From: Mobula hypostoma
Lineage: Eukaryota
NCBI RefSeq assembly: GCF_963921235.1
Contig: NC_086107.1
Coordinates: 99,636,001-99,700,000 of the forward strand
Direction: 5' to 3'
DNA length: 64,000 nucleotides
The translations under genes were made by a program, and so were the position numbers. Shown in pieces: positions 27,601 through 39,786 of this stretch; the stretch's first letter is position 1; each line of letters starts with the position of its first letter. The notes under the pieces are model-generated. The model made no database searches. It worked only from the letters and a program-made list of their open reading frames with translations, and was not told where the DNA came from.

Positions 27601-28127
27601 GAGTGGCGAACCACACAGTCTCTCTCTCTCTCTCGCTCCGCGCCTTGTAAAAGCCATGAAAAAGACACCATCACGGACGCATGCACGCACACGCAGATGC
27701 ACAGACTCACACACACACACACAGGCGCAATCCAAAAAAAAAAGAAAGAAATCTTCTGAATGTTGAAAGGCCTAGACAAAGTAGATGGAAAGGATGTTTC
27801 CCATGGTGAGGGAGTCTAGGACAAGAGGGCACAGTTTCAGGACAGAGGGGCATCCATTTAAAACAGAGATGTGGAGAAATTTCTTTAGTCAGAGGGTGGT
27901 GAATTTGTGGAATTTGTTACCACAGGCAGCTGTGGAGGCCAGGTTGTTGGGTGTATTTAAGGCGGAGATTGATAGGTTCTTGATTGGCCACAGCATCAAA
28001 GGTTACGGGGAGAAGGCTGGGGAGTAGGGCTGAGGAGGAAAAAGAAGGATCAGCCGTGATTGAACAGGGGAGCAGACTCGATGGGCCAAGTGGCCTAATT
28101 CTACTCCTGTGTCTCATGGTCTTATGG
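24620..28127 (+). mobile_element. CR1 LINE with esterase-type ORF1, EN, large internal RT deletion and two nested inserts
   Basis: ORF1 motifs VVIGDSIVRG, VLVHIGTKD, DGLHLN; EN motifs LNAQSIRNK, AITE, VIYRPP; jump near 26610 from IPKTK to AAKFAD; CR1 tail at 28110-28127. Confidence 0.88.
27424..27747 (+). mobile_element. tRNA-derived SINE with A-rich tail
   Basis: Box A TGGCGCAGTGA and box B GTTCAAAAC; 19-bp TSD with 2 mismatches (27405-27423, 27748-27766); related copies at 49136-49395 and about 47635-47760. Confidence 0.8.
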
Positions 28128-28914
28128 TCAAAGCCGCCCCCTCCTCCCTCCCAAGCTGCAGCAGAGGCATCGGCCGTCCCCTCCACTTGTACGAGCAGAA
28201 GCACTGACTTCCCCACACCATGCATGCAAAAGCCCCCCCCCCCAAAGAGACCTAGAGTCCATCAACTATTATTGTTTGCCTGCATTGTGCTGCTCTGTGG
28301 CTTTTACACTTTAGAACATACAACACGGAGCAGTACATCACTCTACAGGCTCTTCGGCCCACTATGCTGTGCTGACTTTGTAGCCTCCTTTAATATCCAA
28401 CTGACGCTTCGCTCCCACACAGCCCTCCGCTTTTCTGTCATCCATGTGTCCACTTTGAGTTTCTGAAATACCCCTCCTGTATCTGCCTTTCCTACCACTA
28501 GGGCAATGTATTCCACGCACCTCTGTCATACCCCCACGCACTAATTTCTTCCAATTACTTTCAAATTGTGCCCCTCTGTCTAAGCCTTTTCTATCCTCTA
28601 GCTATCCACTCTCTTAGCTTATTCTGCATTTTTTTTGTTCTTTGTTCTGCTTCAGCAACAGGATCTAAGACAAACTTTTCACTGTATCTCGGTACATGTG
28701 ACAACAGTAAACACTACCACAGAGTTGCTTCCCACCTATGGGCACACTTGTGGCCTGAGTCCCCATAATGAGGGAGGAAGTCCTTGCCTGTCACTTTCTC
28801 CAGTGAAGGAGAGTGCTCCATTACTGTCCCCTCACTGCAGACAGAAGCTTGGTCTCCATGCTAACATGATGTGGTGTCTGATTCCAGGTCTCTCCCTTCC
28901 CTGTTGAGTGAACT

Positions 28915-29320
28915 CGGCCTTTTTTCCTTGGAGTGACGGAGGATGAGAGGTGATCTGATAGAGTTGTATAAGATGATGAGAGGCATTGATCCTGTGGATA
29001 GTCAGAGGCTTTTTCCTAGGGCTGAAATGGCTAGCACAAGAAGGCATAGTTTTAAGGTGCTTGGGAGTAGGTACAGAGGAGATGTCAGGGGTACGTTTTT
29101 TTACGCAGAGAGTGGTGAATGCGTGGAATGGGCTGCTGGCGACGGTGGTGCAGGCAGATACGATGGGCTCTTTTAAGAGACTCCTGGACTGGTATATGAA
29201 GCTCAGAAAAATAGAGGGCTATGGGTAACTCTAGGTAGTTTCTCAGGTAAGGACACGTTGGGCACAGCTTTGTGCACCAAATGGCCTGTATTGTGCTGTA
29301 GGTTTTCCATGTTTCTATGC
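28915..29320 (+). mobile_element. CR1 3' fragment
   Basis: MRGDLIELYKMMRGID, FFTQRVVNAWNGL; TTCTATG tail. Confidence 0.8.
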
Positions 29321-29542
29321 AACTACTCAAAGCTCAAAATAAATTGGTTATCTATGTACGTAAATCACCCTGAGATTTATTTTCTTGTGGGCGTTCACAG
29401 TGGAACATAGAAATACAATAGAATCAGTAAAAAACCAGACAAAGTAAGGACGGACAAGGACCAGTGTGCAAAGGAAAACAAACTGCACAAATACAAAAAC
29501 ATAAATAAATAAATAAATAAATAAATAGAAAATAAATAGATA

Positions 29543-30334
29543 TTAACTCTTCTTCGATCTGTGCTAGTCATTCACTGATTCAATTTAAAATTGTACATTG
29601 TTACCATTTGACGAAGTAGAGATTGTCTAAAATATTTCCTAATGTTGATAGTTATTGTGATAGATGTAAAACTGAGACAGCTACACTGACACACATGTTT
29701 TGGTCTTGCTCTATACTGGAACAGTTCTGGAAGTCAGTTTTTTCGACAATTTCTAAAGCACTTAAAATTAATTTACAACCTAACAAATTAACCGTGCTTT
29801 TTGGAATAATTCCTCAAAATATCCGTGGTATCTGTGTGTCTGACCAACACATTATTGCATTTGTTACATTGATAGCTAGGAGGGCCATTTTGTTGAAGTG
29901 GAAGGATACATCAGCTCCCACTTTGTCACAATGGTTCTCTCAAGTGATGCTATGTCTTAGTTTGGAGAAAATTAGAAGTCGAACCTTTGAACCTTTATTT
30001 CATTTTGAGAAAAGATGGAGTTCATTTGCTCATTTGAGTTAATTGATAGATTTCTTCCGTGATCCAATTGTAAATTTTTGGTACCTTTTTCCTTGCTGGC
30101 GGTTTGATGTTTATCTTTAGAAGCTTTTTGTATGATGCATGGCTCCAGGGTTGTACACCTAATGGGGTTTTTTTTGCCACTTTTTCTTGCTTAGTAGGGT
30201 TTTTTTTTATTACCACCAAAAATTTTTCAATCTTTAAAATAATATTTTTTTCCTTGAGACATTGTAAGTGTTGCTTATATTGATGTACTCGTGTTATTTT
30301 TGAATAATATAATAATAAAAAGATTTGAAAAGAA
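29543..30334 (+). mobile_element. 5'-truncated L1-clade LINE
   Basis: [27 protein letters not shown]; 16-bp TSD AGAAAATAAATAGATA (29527-29542, 30335-30350); 3' end AATAAAAAGATTTGAAAAGAAAG nearly matches the full-length L1. Confidence 0.88.
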
Positions 30335-31057
30335 AGAAAATAAATAGATAGATAAATAATACTGAGAATATGAGTTGTCAAACACTTGGAAGTGAGTCTA
30401 TGGGCTGCGGACTCAGTTCAGTGTTGGTGATTGGTTCATTATTGTCACATATACTGAGATACAGTGAAAAACTTTGTGTTGCATCTCATCCAGACAGATC
30501 ATTTCATCACATAAGTACATCGACATCAAACAAAGGAAAAGTAATAATTAAATGCAGAATATAGTGTTGCAGTTACAGCGCAGGTACAGTGCAGGTTCAA
30601 AGTTTAAAGTTTAAAGAGCGCGTATTATTGTGGTACATATACATTACACAAGCTTGCAATTTGTCTCCTTACAGGCGGCCACAAATCAAAGAAACCCAAA
30701 AGAATGCATAAAACCAAAGAAGTCCGTCAAACACCCAATGTGCAGGGAAAAAAAACACAAATTGTGCAATCAGTAAAAGTAAGTAAATAGAAAGTGAGAC
30801 CACAGGCGTGAAGCCAAGCATTACTGGAGCTGGAGCAGGCCACAGCCGCAGTTCAGTGCAGAGCTGAGTCAATGTCGGGGAGCAGCAAGCAGAGCCGGCT
30901 GGACCCTTGCCTCTGGTCCCAGCACCCTACCTTTCCAATCTGGCCCGCGCTCAAATCATCCAAACATTGAGTGGTTCCTTGCTGTAGGACTCAGGCCCTG
31001 TCACTTCAATACGCTCCAGCCCTGGACCTTGCCACCATGTTCCGGCCCGTACCCAAC

Positions 31058-31650
31058 CAAGATGTGCTTGCTGGTGGGATCCCATTGGAGGTGGCGGAAA
31101 TTTCAAAGAATTGTAGCGGCCACCCGTTTTAATTCCAATTCCCATTCCCATTCTGATATGTCTATCCACTGTTGCGATGAGGCCACACTTAGATTGGAGG
31201 AACAACACCTTATATTCCGTTTGGGTAGCCTTCAACCTGAAGGCATGAACGTTTATTTCTCTAACTTTTAGTAATGTATCCCAAATCCCCTCCTTCACCA
31301 TTTCCCATTCCTTTTTCCCTCTCTCACCTTATCTCCTTGCTCACCCATCACCTTCCTCTGGTGCTCCTACCTCCTTCTCTTTCTTCCATGACCTTCTGTC
31401 TCTTTCACAATCAACTTCCCTGCTCTTTACTTCATCCTTCCCCTCCAGGTTTCATCTATCACCTTGTGTTTATCTCCCCCCTTCCCTCACCTTTTAAATC
31501 TACTCCTCAGCTTTTTTTCTCCAGTCCTACCAAAGGGTTTCAGCCCAAAACTTTGACTGTGCTCTTTTCCATAGATGCTGCCTGGCCTGCTGAGTTCCTC
31601 CAGCATTGTGTTGCTCGGATTTCCAGCATTTGCAGATTTTCTTCTGTTTG
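31058..31650 (+). mobile_element. Short Penelope-like 3' fragment with small inverted 5' piece
   Basis: [41 protein letters not shown]; degenerate hammerhead core at about 31523. Confidence 0.7.
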
Positions 31651-32104
31651 TGATGGGATTTCTCCATCAAAGCCATTACATTTCCTAACCCTGGCCCCTC
31701 CCAAACTGAGCCCTAATCTTTCCCTTATATCTGAGGGTGTGGACTTGATCCTTTACAATAGACGTCTGGCTTCACTGTTCTCTATCAGATCTGGCTGGAT
31801 CACAAAGGACTTCCTGCAATTGTTTGTGCAAGTGCATTCTGTGTTTTTTCCTCTGTACACTGGCTTTAAGATCTCTCTTATCTGTTTCCTTCATGTTCAA
31901 CTCTAGTAACAAGGCCAGTTCAGGAAGGAGCCCTTCTGATTGTCAACCTGTGCTCCCCCTTCACTGCTCAGCTTCAAAGAACCTTGAGATAGGAGCTGTT
32001 GAGCCAGGTGACGATTCCTCATTGACCCATCTGTTACAAAACTGAGATCACCTGTCTTCCTAGTCTAAACCTCCCCACCTTTCTGAATCTGAATGTACTT
32101 CTCA

Positions 32105-32878
32105 TATTCTACTGCACAGCATCAAAGTGAGTTGCAGAAAGTTGTAAAATTAGTCAGCCCCATTATGGGTACTAGCCTCTATAGTATCCAAGACATCTTC
32201 AAGGAGCTGTCCATCATTAAGGACCCCCACCACCCAGGACATGCCCTCTTCTCATTATTATATCAGCAAGGAGGTACAGAGGTATGAAGGCACACACACA
32301 GTGATTCAGGAACAGCTTCTTCCCCTCTGCCATCCAATTTCTAAATGGACATTGAACTCATGAACACTACCTCACGACTTTTTTATTTCTTTTTTTTTAT
32401 TACTTATTTTAACTTAACTATTTAATATACATATGTCTGTCTGTCTGTCCAGGTACCATATCCGATGCGGACTTTGGTGACCATGGTTTTCCATATAGAT
32501 CTATCCTTCCTTTTTTGGATGACTTCCATTTCCTCGAGGTGTAGCCACCTGGCTAGGCTTTTGATGTACATAAGCCGAGGTCTTCCTCTAGGTTTACTCC
32601 CCTCAATCTTTCCAGAGAGTACGAGTTTTTCTAGTTCATCTTTCCGCATGATGTGTCCTAGGAATCTGAGTTGTCTTTCTCTTATTGTTGGTATGAGAGA
32701 TCGAACTGCTTGGGCTGTTCTGAGAACTTCTTCATTTGATGTGTGTGCGGTCCATGTACATATACTTAATGTAATTCTGTTGTTTTCTATATTTATCATG
32801 TATTGCATTGTACTGCTGCTGCAGAGTTAACAAATTTCATGACATATGCCGGTGATATTAAATCTGACTCTGATTCTA
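32105..32878 (+). mobile_element. Rex1/Babar-type 3' fragment (interrupted by RTE piece)
   Basis: ELQKVVK..SIIKDPHHPGHALFSLL; tail matches 9330-9410. Confidence 0.7.
32433..32748 (-). mobile_element. RTE-clade LINE 3' fragment
   Basis: SNEEVL..IRERQLRFLGHIMRK..LEKLVLSGKIEGSKPRGRPR, a typical RTE C-terminus; (GACA)n tail. Confidence 0.8.
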
Positions 32879-34189
32879 GATCCGATCTTTTGACAGTGCT
32901 CACCAGTTTGCGTTCATGAAACTTGTCGAGAAGCCCAGGTTGGAGAGGTGAGCATGTCGTCAACACTGGAATGTTGCGCCCCAGATTGGAAGACGTTGCA
33001 AGTGAAATGCTGCTTCTTCTGGCAGGAGTGTTTGGTTCCCCGATTGCTGGGAAGGGAAAGGGGTGAAGGGACCAGAAGGACACGCGATGCAAATCCCGCA
33101 GTCGCAAGGGGAAGTGCTACAAGGCAGGGAGTGGTTGGTAGAACTGGAAGAGCAGAGTGGGGAACAGCAATGAGATGACTCCGAGTTTTTCCCAATTCCG
33201 ATGCAAGATCATTAACCTGAAACATTAACTCAGCAGGCCAGGCAGATGTATGGAAGAAAGTACAGCCCTGCCAAAAGGTTTTGGCATGTTACGTCGACTG
33301 TACTTTTTCCCATAGATGCTGCCTGGCCCGCTGAGTTCCTCCAGCATTTTGTGTGTGTGTGTGTGTTGCTCGGACTTCCAGCATCTGCAGATTTTCTTGT
33401 GAAACATTAACACTGTGTGTCTTTCTGACCCGCTGAGCATTTTCAGTATTTTCTTCTGTCTGCAGAGGGACTCCTCCCCAGTTGCTCTGCAGCTGAAAAA
33501 CTGATGTTTGTTCAATTGTTAATCAGGATCCTTCTGCAAATATTCCCAATTAACAGTCAGAGTTAAGCCCAAACTCTCTCCTCCTCTTCGGTCCTGTGGG
33601 AGAGTGCTGTCTGCGGCCTGTGCTGGAGTTCTAGTGACCTTGGCCATAGATGTTGGAGGCAGCCAGGTTCACAGAACCCCTTCTGCTGATTTAAGTTAGC
33701 TGCTGATGGAAATATGAAATATAAACTGAAAAAAAACTTTCAGCATCCACAACTCAGGCAGCACCTGTGGGGAGAGAAGTAGTTTTACTTATCCTTGGAA
33801 CATGGAGAAGTCTGAAAATACAGTCTGTATTTAGTCGTAGAGAAGTTTTTGGAGTGGGGACAAGGGGAGATGTGTGTGACAGAGCAGGAGCAAACAGGTC
33901 TGAATGTCACAAGGGGTGAAGGAGAGAGTAGACACGCCAACCAGCACTCTGCTTCCACAGATATCTGAGCTGCTGAGTTCTTTCAGCATTCTACGCATTG
34001 CTCTGGAGTTCCGGCCGCTGCAGAATCTCTTATGCTTAAGATCCAGCAGTTTGTAATTTGCTTTTAAAAAAAATACTTCATTTATTTTGGAAAAAGAATG
34101 CATGGAAAATTTGCACATCGCTTCCCAATCCTGACAGATCACGTGTTGGAGAACGGCACCCTTCGGGGTCTTCCCCCAAAATGCGTCTA

Positions 34190-34358
34190 AACTAATGCAT
34201 TCAGTGATTGGACGAAATAGCTGTCATTCAAAGTTAATTCTTGCTTTTACAGGCTGCAAATTCGTTCGCCCCGCCAGTGGACGCCGCCAGCGTGCTGTTT
34301 GATTGGGTCCGACCGCTGTCAATTATGTAATGGGACATCAGGCCTATTTTTCATGCAG
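34190..34358 (+). promoter_or_regulatory. Probable serhl promoter and first exon (donor CAG|GTTAGT at 34358/34359)
   Basis: Local CpG-rich non-TE patch with two TGATTGG inverted CCAAT boxes and a GCCCCGCC GC box. The 39708 exon has an acceptor, so an upstream exon is expected. Confidence 0.5.
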
Positions 34359-34537
34359 GTTAGTCCCGCAGGGCCCGGCTTTTGATCTGGCGTCTGGGGC
34401 GCTTTCACGGTCCCTTTCCGTCCCGGGCCAGAGCTGTACAGCAAAATCACAGGTTGGGTGTTAAGGAACGCTCCCCCCCTTCAAATTACACACATGAAAA
34501 ACGCAGCAGGCCAGGCAGCATCTCTAGGAAGAGGTAC

Positions 34538-34573
34538 AGTCGACGTTTCAGGCCGAGACCCTTCGTCAGGACT
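34538..34573 (-). ncRNA. Minimal type-I hammerhead ribozyme motif (intact core)
   Basis: Minus strand: AGTC-CTGACGA-A-GGG(TCTCGG)CCT-GAAA-CG-TC-GACT. Confidence 0.6.
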
Positions 34574-37041
34574 AACTGAAGGAAGAGCTAGTAAGAGATT
34601 TGAAAGTGGGAGTGGGAGGGGGAGATCTGAAATGATAGGAGAAGACGGGGGGGGGGGGAATGGAGCCAAGAGCTGGACAGGTGATTGACAAAAGGGATAT
34701 GAGATGATCATGGGACAGGAGGCCTAGGGAGAAGGAAAAGGGGGAGGGGGGAACCCAGAGGATGGGCAAGGGGTATGGTCAGAGGGACAGAGGGAGAAAA
34801 AAGAGTGAGTGAGTAAATAAATAAGGGATGGGGTACGAGGGGGAGCTGGGGCATTAGCGGAAGTTAGAGAAGTCGATGTTCATGCCATCAGGTTGGAGGC
34901 TACCCAGACGGAATATAAGGTGTTGTTCCTCCAACCTGAGTGTGGCTTCATCTTTACAGTAGAGGAGGCCATGGATAGACATATCGGAATGGGAATGGGA
35001 CGTGGAGTTAAAATGTGTGGCCACTGGGAGATCCTGCTTTCTCTGGCGGGCAGAGCGTAGGTGTTCAGCGGAACGATCTCCCAGTCTGCATCGGGTCTCG
35101 CCAATATATAGAAGGCTGTATTGGGAGCACCGGACGCAGTATATCACCCCAGACGACTCACAGGTGAAGTGTCGCCTCACCTGGAAGGACTGTCTGGGGC
35201 CCTGAATGGTGGTGAGGGAGGAAGTGTAAGGGCATGTGTAGCACTTGTTCCGCTTACAAGGATTAATGCCGGAGGGAGATCGATGGGAAAGAATGGGGGG
35301 GACGAATGGACAAGGGAGTTGTGTAGGGATCGATCCCTGCAGAAAGCAGAAGGCGGGGAGGGAAAGATGTGCATAGTAGTGGGATCCTGTTGGAGGTGAC
35401 GAAAGTTACGGAGATTTATATGTTGGCCCAGAGGCTGGTGGGGTGGAGTTCCCCTCTACCACCACTCTCCTCCGTCTAGTGGAATTAGTCCTTACTCTTA
35501 ATAATTTCTCCTTTGGCTGCTCCCACTTCCTCCAAACTAAAGGTGTAGCTATGCGCACCCGTATGGGTCCCAGCTATGCCTGCCTTTTTGTTGGCTTTGT
35601 GGAACAATCTATGTTCCAAACCTATTCTGGTATCTGTCCCCCACTTTTCCTTCGCTATATCGACAACTGCATTGGTGCTGCTTCCTGTACGCATGCTGAG
35701 CTCATTGACTTCATTAACTTTGCCTCCAACTTTCACCTTGCCCTCAAATTTACTTGGTCCATTTCCAACTCCTCCCTCCCCTTTCTTGATCTTTCTGTCT
35801 CTATCTCTGGAGACAGCTTATCTACTGATGTCTATTATAAGCCTACAGACGCTCACAGCTACCTGGACTATTCCTCTTCCCACCCTGTCTCTTGCAAAAA
35901 TGCCATCCCCTTCTCGCAATTCCTCCGTCTCCGCCGCATCTGCTCTCAGGATGAGGCTTTTCATTCCAGGACAAAGGAGATGTCCTCGTTTTTTAGAGAA
36001 AGGGGCTTCCCTTCCTCCACCATCAACTCTGCTCTCAAACGCATCTCTCCCATTTCACGCAGATCTGCTGTCACCCAATCCTCCTGCCACCCCACTAGGA
36101 ATAGGTTTCGCCTTGTCCTCACCTACCACCCCACCAGCCTCCGGGTCCAACATATGATTCTCTGTAACTTCCGCCACCTCCAACCGGATCCCACCACGAA
36201 GCACATCTTTCCCTCCCCCCCTTCTGCTTTCTGCAAGGATTGCTCCCTACGTGACTCCCTTGTCCATTCGCTTCCCCCCCATCCCTCCTCACTGATCTCC
36301 CTCCCGGCACTTACCCTTGTAAGCGGAACAAGTGCTACACATGCCCTTACACTTCCTCCCTCACTACCATTCAAGGCCCCAGACAGTCCTTCCAGGTGAG
36401 GCGACACTTCACCTGTGAGTCGTCTGGGGTGATAAACTGTGTCCGGCGCTCCCGATGCGGCCTCTATATATTGGCAAGACCTGACGCAGGCTGGGAGACC
36501 GTTTCGCTGAACGCCTATGCTCTGTCCGCCAGAGAAAGCAGGATCTCCCAGTGGCCACACATTTTAATTCCACGTCCCATTCCCATTCTGGTATGTCTAT
36601 TCACAGCCTCCTGTACTGTCAAGATGAAGCCACACTCGGGTTGGAGGAACAACACCTTATATTCCATCTGGGTAGCCTCCAACTTGACGGCATGAACATT
36701 AACTTCTCTAACTTCCATTAATGCCGCACCTCCCCTTCGTACCTCATCCCTTATTTATTTATTTATTTATTTATTTATCCATCCATCCATCCATCCATCC
36801 CTCTATCCCTCTATCTGTCTGTCCCTCTCACTATAACTCCTTGCCCATCCTCTGGGCTCCCCTCCCCTTTCTTTCTCTCTAGGCCTCCCATCCCATGATC
36901 CTCTCCCTTCTCCAGCCTCGTATCCCTTTTGCCAATCAACTTTAGAGCTCTTAGCTCCATCCCTCCCCCTCCTGTCTTCTCCTATCATTTTCAGATCTCC
37001 CCCTCCCACTTTCAAATCTCTTTCTACGTCTTCTTTCAGTT

Positions 37042-37077
37042 AGTCCTGACGAAGGGTCTCGGCCCGAAACGTGGACT
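37042..37077 (+). ncRNA. Hammerhead motif with GUC>GUG cleavage-site change
   Basis: AGTC-CTGACGA-A-GGG(TCTCGG)CCC-GAAA-CG-TG-GACT. Confidence 0.45.
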
Positions 37078-39713
37078 GTACCTCTTCCTATAGATGCTGC
37101 CTGGCCTGCTGCGTTCACCAGCATGTTTTATGTGTGTTGCTTGAATTTCCAGCATCTGCGGATTTCCTCGTGTTTGCCCCCTTCGAATTAACTGACTTCC
37201 CTTTCACTTCTGAGGGACGGTCGTTAACCTGAAATGCACAGTGCTCCTCCGTCATGCAGATGCTGTCTGACTTACTACTCTCTGTAACACACGCAAAACG
37301 CTGTAGGAACTCAGCGGGTCTGGCAGCATCTATGGGGAAAAAAGTACAGTTGATGTTTCAGGCCGAGACCCTTCGGCCAGTCCTGCGGAATGGTTATGGC
37401 CCAAAACGTTGACTGTACTTCCCCCCCATAGATGCTTCCTGGCCTGCTGAGTTCCTCCAGCATTTTGTGTGTGTTGCTCGGATTTCCAGCATCTGCAGAT
37501 TTTCTCTTGTTTTATGACTTCACTCTCTGTACTTAATTCTGGATTTGTGGCATCTGCAGGTTTTTCATTTGAGTTGCTGTTAAGTGACTCATACTCCCTT
37601 CCCTCCCTCAGTTTGTGCCTCAAGTACTGCAGCACTCCTCCTTCGTTATGCCTTCGCTAAGGTGCTGAGTGCCCAGCAGATAACTATGGGGAAGAGTTTA
37701 TTAATGAGAATGAATAAGCAGCAGTGTGGATCAAAGGGGCAGTATAGTGAAGAGGCAAATGAAAATGAACACAGGAGAGGAAAATTTTGTCTCTTTTTGT
37801 GCATGGGGGTGGGGGGAGTTAATGTCTTTCAACAACTCCCATGGTCTTTTCTGTATTTCCTGGCTATCTGGAGAAGACAAGTATCAGAGTTGTATTGTAC
37901 ACACATACTTTGACAATAAAATGAACCTTTGATAGTGGTGGAAAATAAAGGGGATGTCAGAATAAGAATCAGTTTTATTATCACTGATACATATCGTGAA
38001 ATTTGTTTTCTGTCTGTACAAGACATTGAAAGTTGCAAACAATTAATGATAACAATAAACAATAAATGATCTAAAGGAGGAATAGTGAGGTTGTGTGCAT
38101 GGGTTCATGAAGTCTGACAGCAGAGGGGAAGAAACTGTTCCTGTACCCCCTCCCTGACAATAGGAATGAAAAGGGAGCACGTCCCAGATGGTAATGACAG
38201 ATGCCACCTTCTTCAGACATTGACTTTGAGGATATCCTCGATGGGGATGTGGTGGGGGGTGGGGTGCTCAGGGTTGTGTCCATGATGGAACTGCCTGAGT
38301 AGACAGAAAGTGAATCAGAGTTAAGGAAAAAAAAATGGTAAAATGTCAAAGATAATAAAGACCATTTGTCTGAATGCTTTTGTAAAGAAAGAGATGATTT
38401 GCGGTCTCATCGTCGGTTCTGATTAAGGGTCCTTAATCTTAACTCTTCACTATTTCTCTTCACACAGATGTTGCCTGACTTGCCAAGAAATTCCAGCAAT
38501 TTGTATGTTTAGGTTAGAAGTGTAAAGAAGTTTGGGTGGTATTGTTAACAAGGAAGGTCTGGGAAGGTTTAGAGGGATATGGGACAAACGTGTTCAAATG
38601 GAACTGACTCTGGTAGAGTCATAGAAAGGTACAACTCAGAAGCAGGCCCTTTGGCCCATCTAGTCCATGCTGAGCTATTTAAACTGCCTGCTCCCATCGA
38701 CTTGCACTGGCACCATCCATGTACCAATCCAACAGACAATGCGGTCAGTACGGATATTGGGCTGAAGATCCATGTTGCATAAGCATGGTGATGAGTAGCG
38801 ACACGATGGCAGTGAATCGTGATTGGAGATCGTTCGCTGTTAATAAGGAATAGAAGGCCTAAGAAGATGGGTGGAATTGCTCTACAGACATGAAATGTTG
38901 CCTTTCCAAATGGAAATGGAGAGCTATTAAAGGTGTGTAGTAGGGAAACTCCAATTAGCATGGCTGATTTTATTCTGAACATTGGATGAATCAAACTCGC
39001 GGTGGATACTTGGAAGAGAAATTTGTGGAATTGTTTCTTCATGCAATATGCTGTAGAGCCCACGCAGAAGCAGGATGTTTTAGGTTTGGTCGTATATAAT
39101 AAGGTATGATTAAATAGACCTTGTAATCAAGGAGTCTGCTCGGCAGGTCAAGCAGCGTTTATGGGAGGAAAAGAATTGTCAACGTTTTGGGTTGAAACCA
39201 ATGAAATCATGACCCCAAACGTCAACAGTTCCTTTCCCCTCAGTGATGTTGCTCAGCCTGCTGAGTTCCTCCGGCAGATCATTCATTGCTCCAGATTCCA
39301 GCATCTTCGTTGTAATCGAAGACCCTGTGAAGAGTGGCGATCACAACATGATGGAGCTCAAAGATTCAGAGTTCGTTTATTATCAAAGTATGTTTGCAGT
39401 ATAGAACCCTGAAATTCGTCTTCCTGACAGGCAGTCATGAAACAAAGTAGAACCAACCTGATCAAAGAACTACTCCCCCCCCATGCAAAAAAAGTGTAAA
39501 CGGCAACAAAAAAAGAGCAAAATCACAGAATATAAGACATAAAAGATACAGTTCAAGGGTGAAAATCCCAAAGGTAGCAGAGTTGGGAATTAGGGAATGG
39601 TTAATGTATTGTGACTTCTTAATATAGTTCACAAGCATACAAGTGGAATGAAATTAAGATTTTTTTCCTATAGTTTATTGATGTTTGCATCTTTTTTCTA
39701 TAAATAGGCTTAC

Positions 39714-39786
39714 ATGAATCGTTTCCTGTTCTCTGTGAAGGAAAAGCATTTACTTTCAAAGTGGTTTTCGAGAACTGCCATGCGTG
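39714..39786 (+). CDS. SERHL2: serhl coding exon 1 (exon starts 39708)
   Basis: Acceptor TAAATAG|, ATG at 39714, donor G|GTAAGT; phase 1 fits the next exon. Confidence 0.7.

Larger units (their letters stand above)
34489..37176 (+). mobile_element. Penelope-like element with inverted 5' duplication (RT + GIY-YIG; decayed)
   Basis: 35443-36399 encodes a PLE RT (FLQTKGVAMRTRMGPSYACLF, RYIDN, LPFLD, VYYKPT). 34489-35444 is an inverted copy of about 36123-37135. 14-bp TSD CCCCCTTC(A/G)AATTA (34475-34488, 37177-37190). Confidence 0.9.

Noticed and set aside
31650..33720. Exons of a divergent upstream gene
   Set aside because: No recognisable peptide; 32950-33200 looks like an old Penelope fragment. 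Short exons cannot be excluded.
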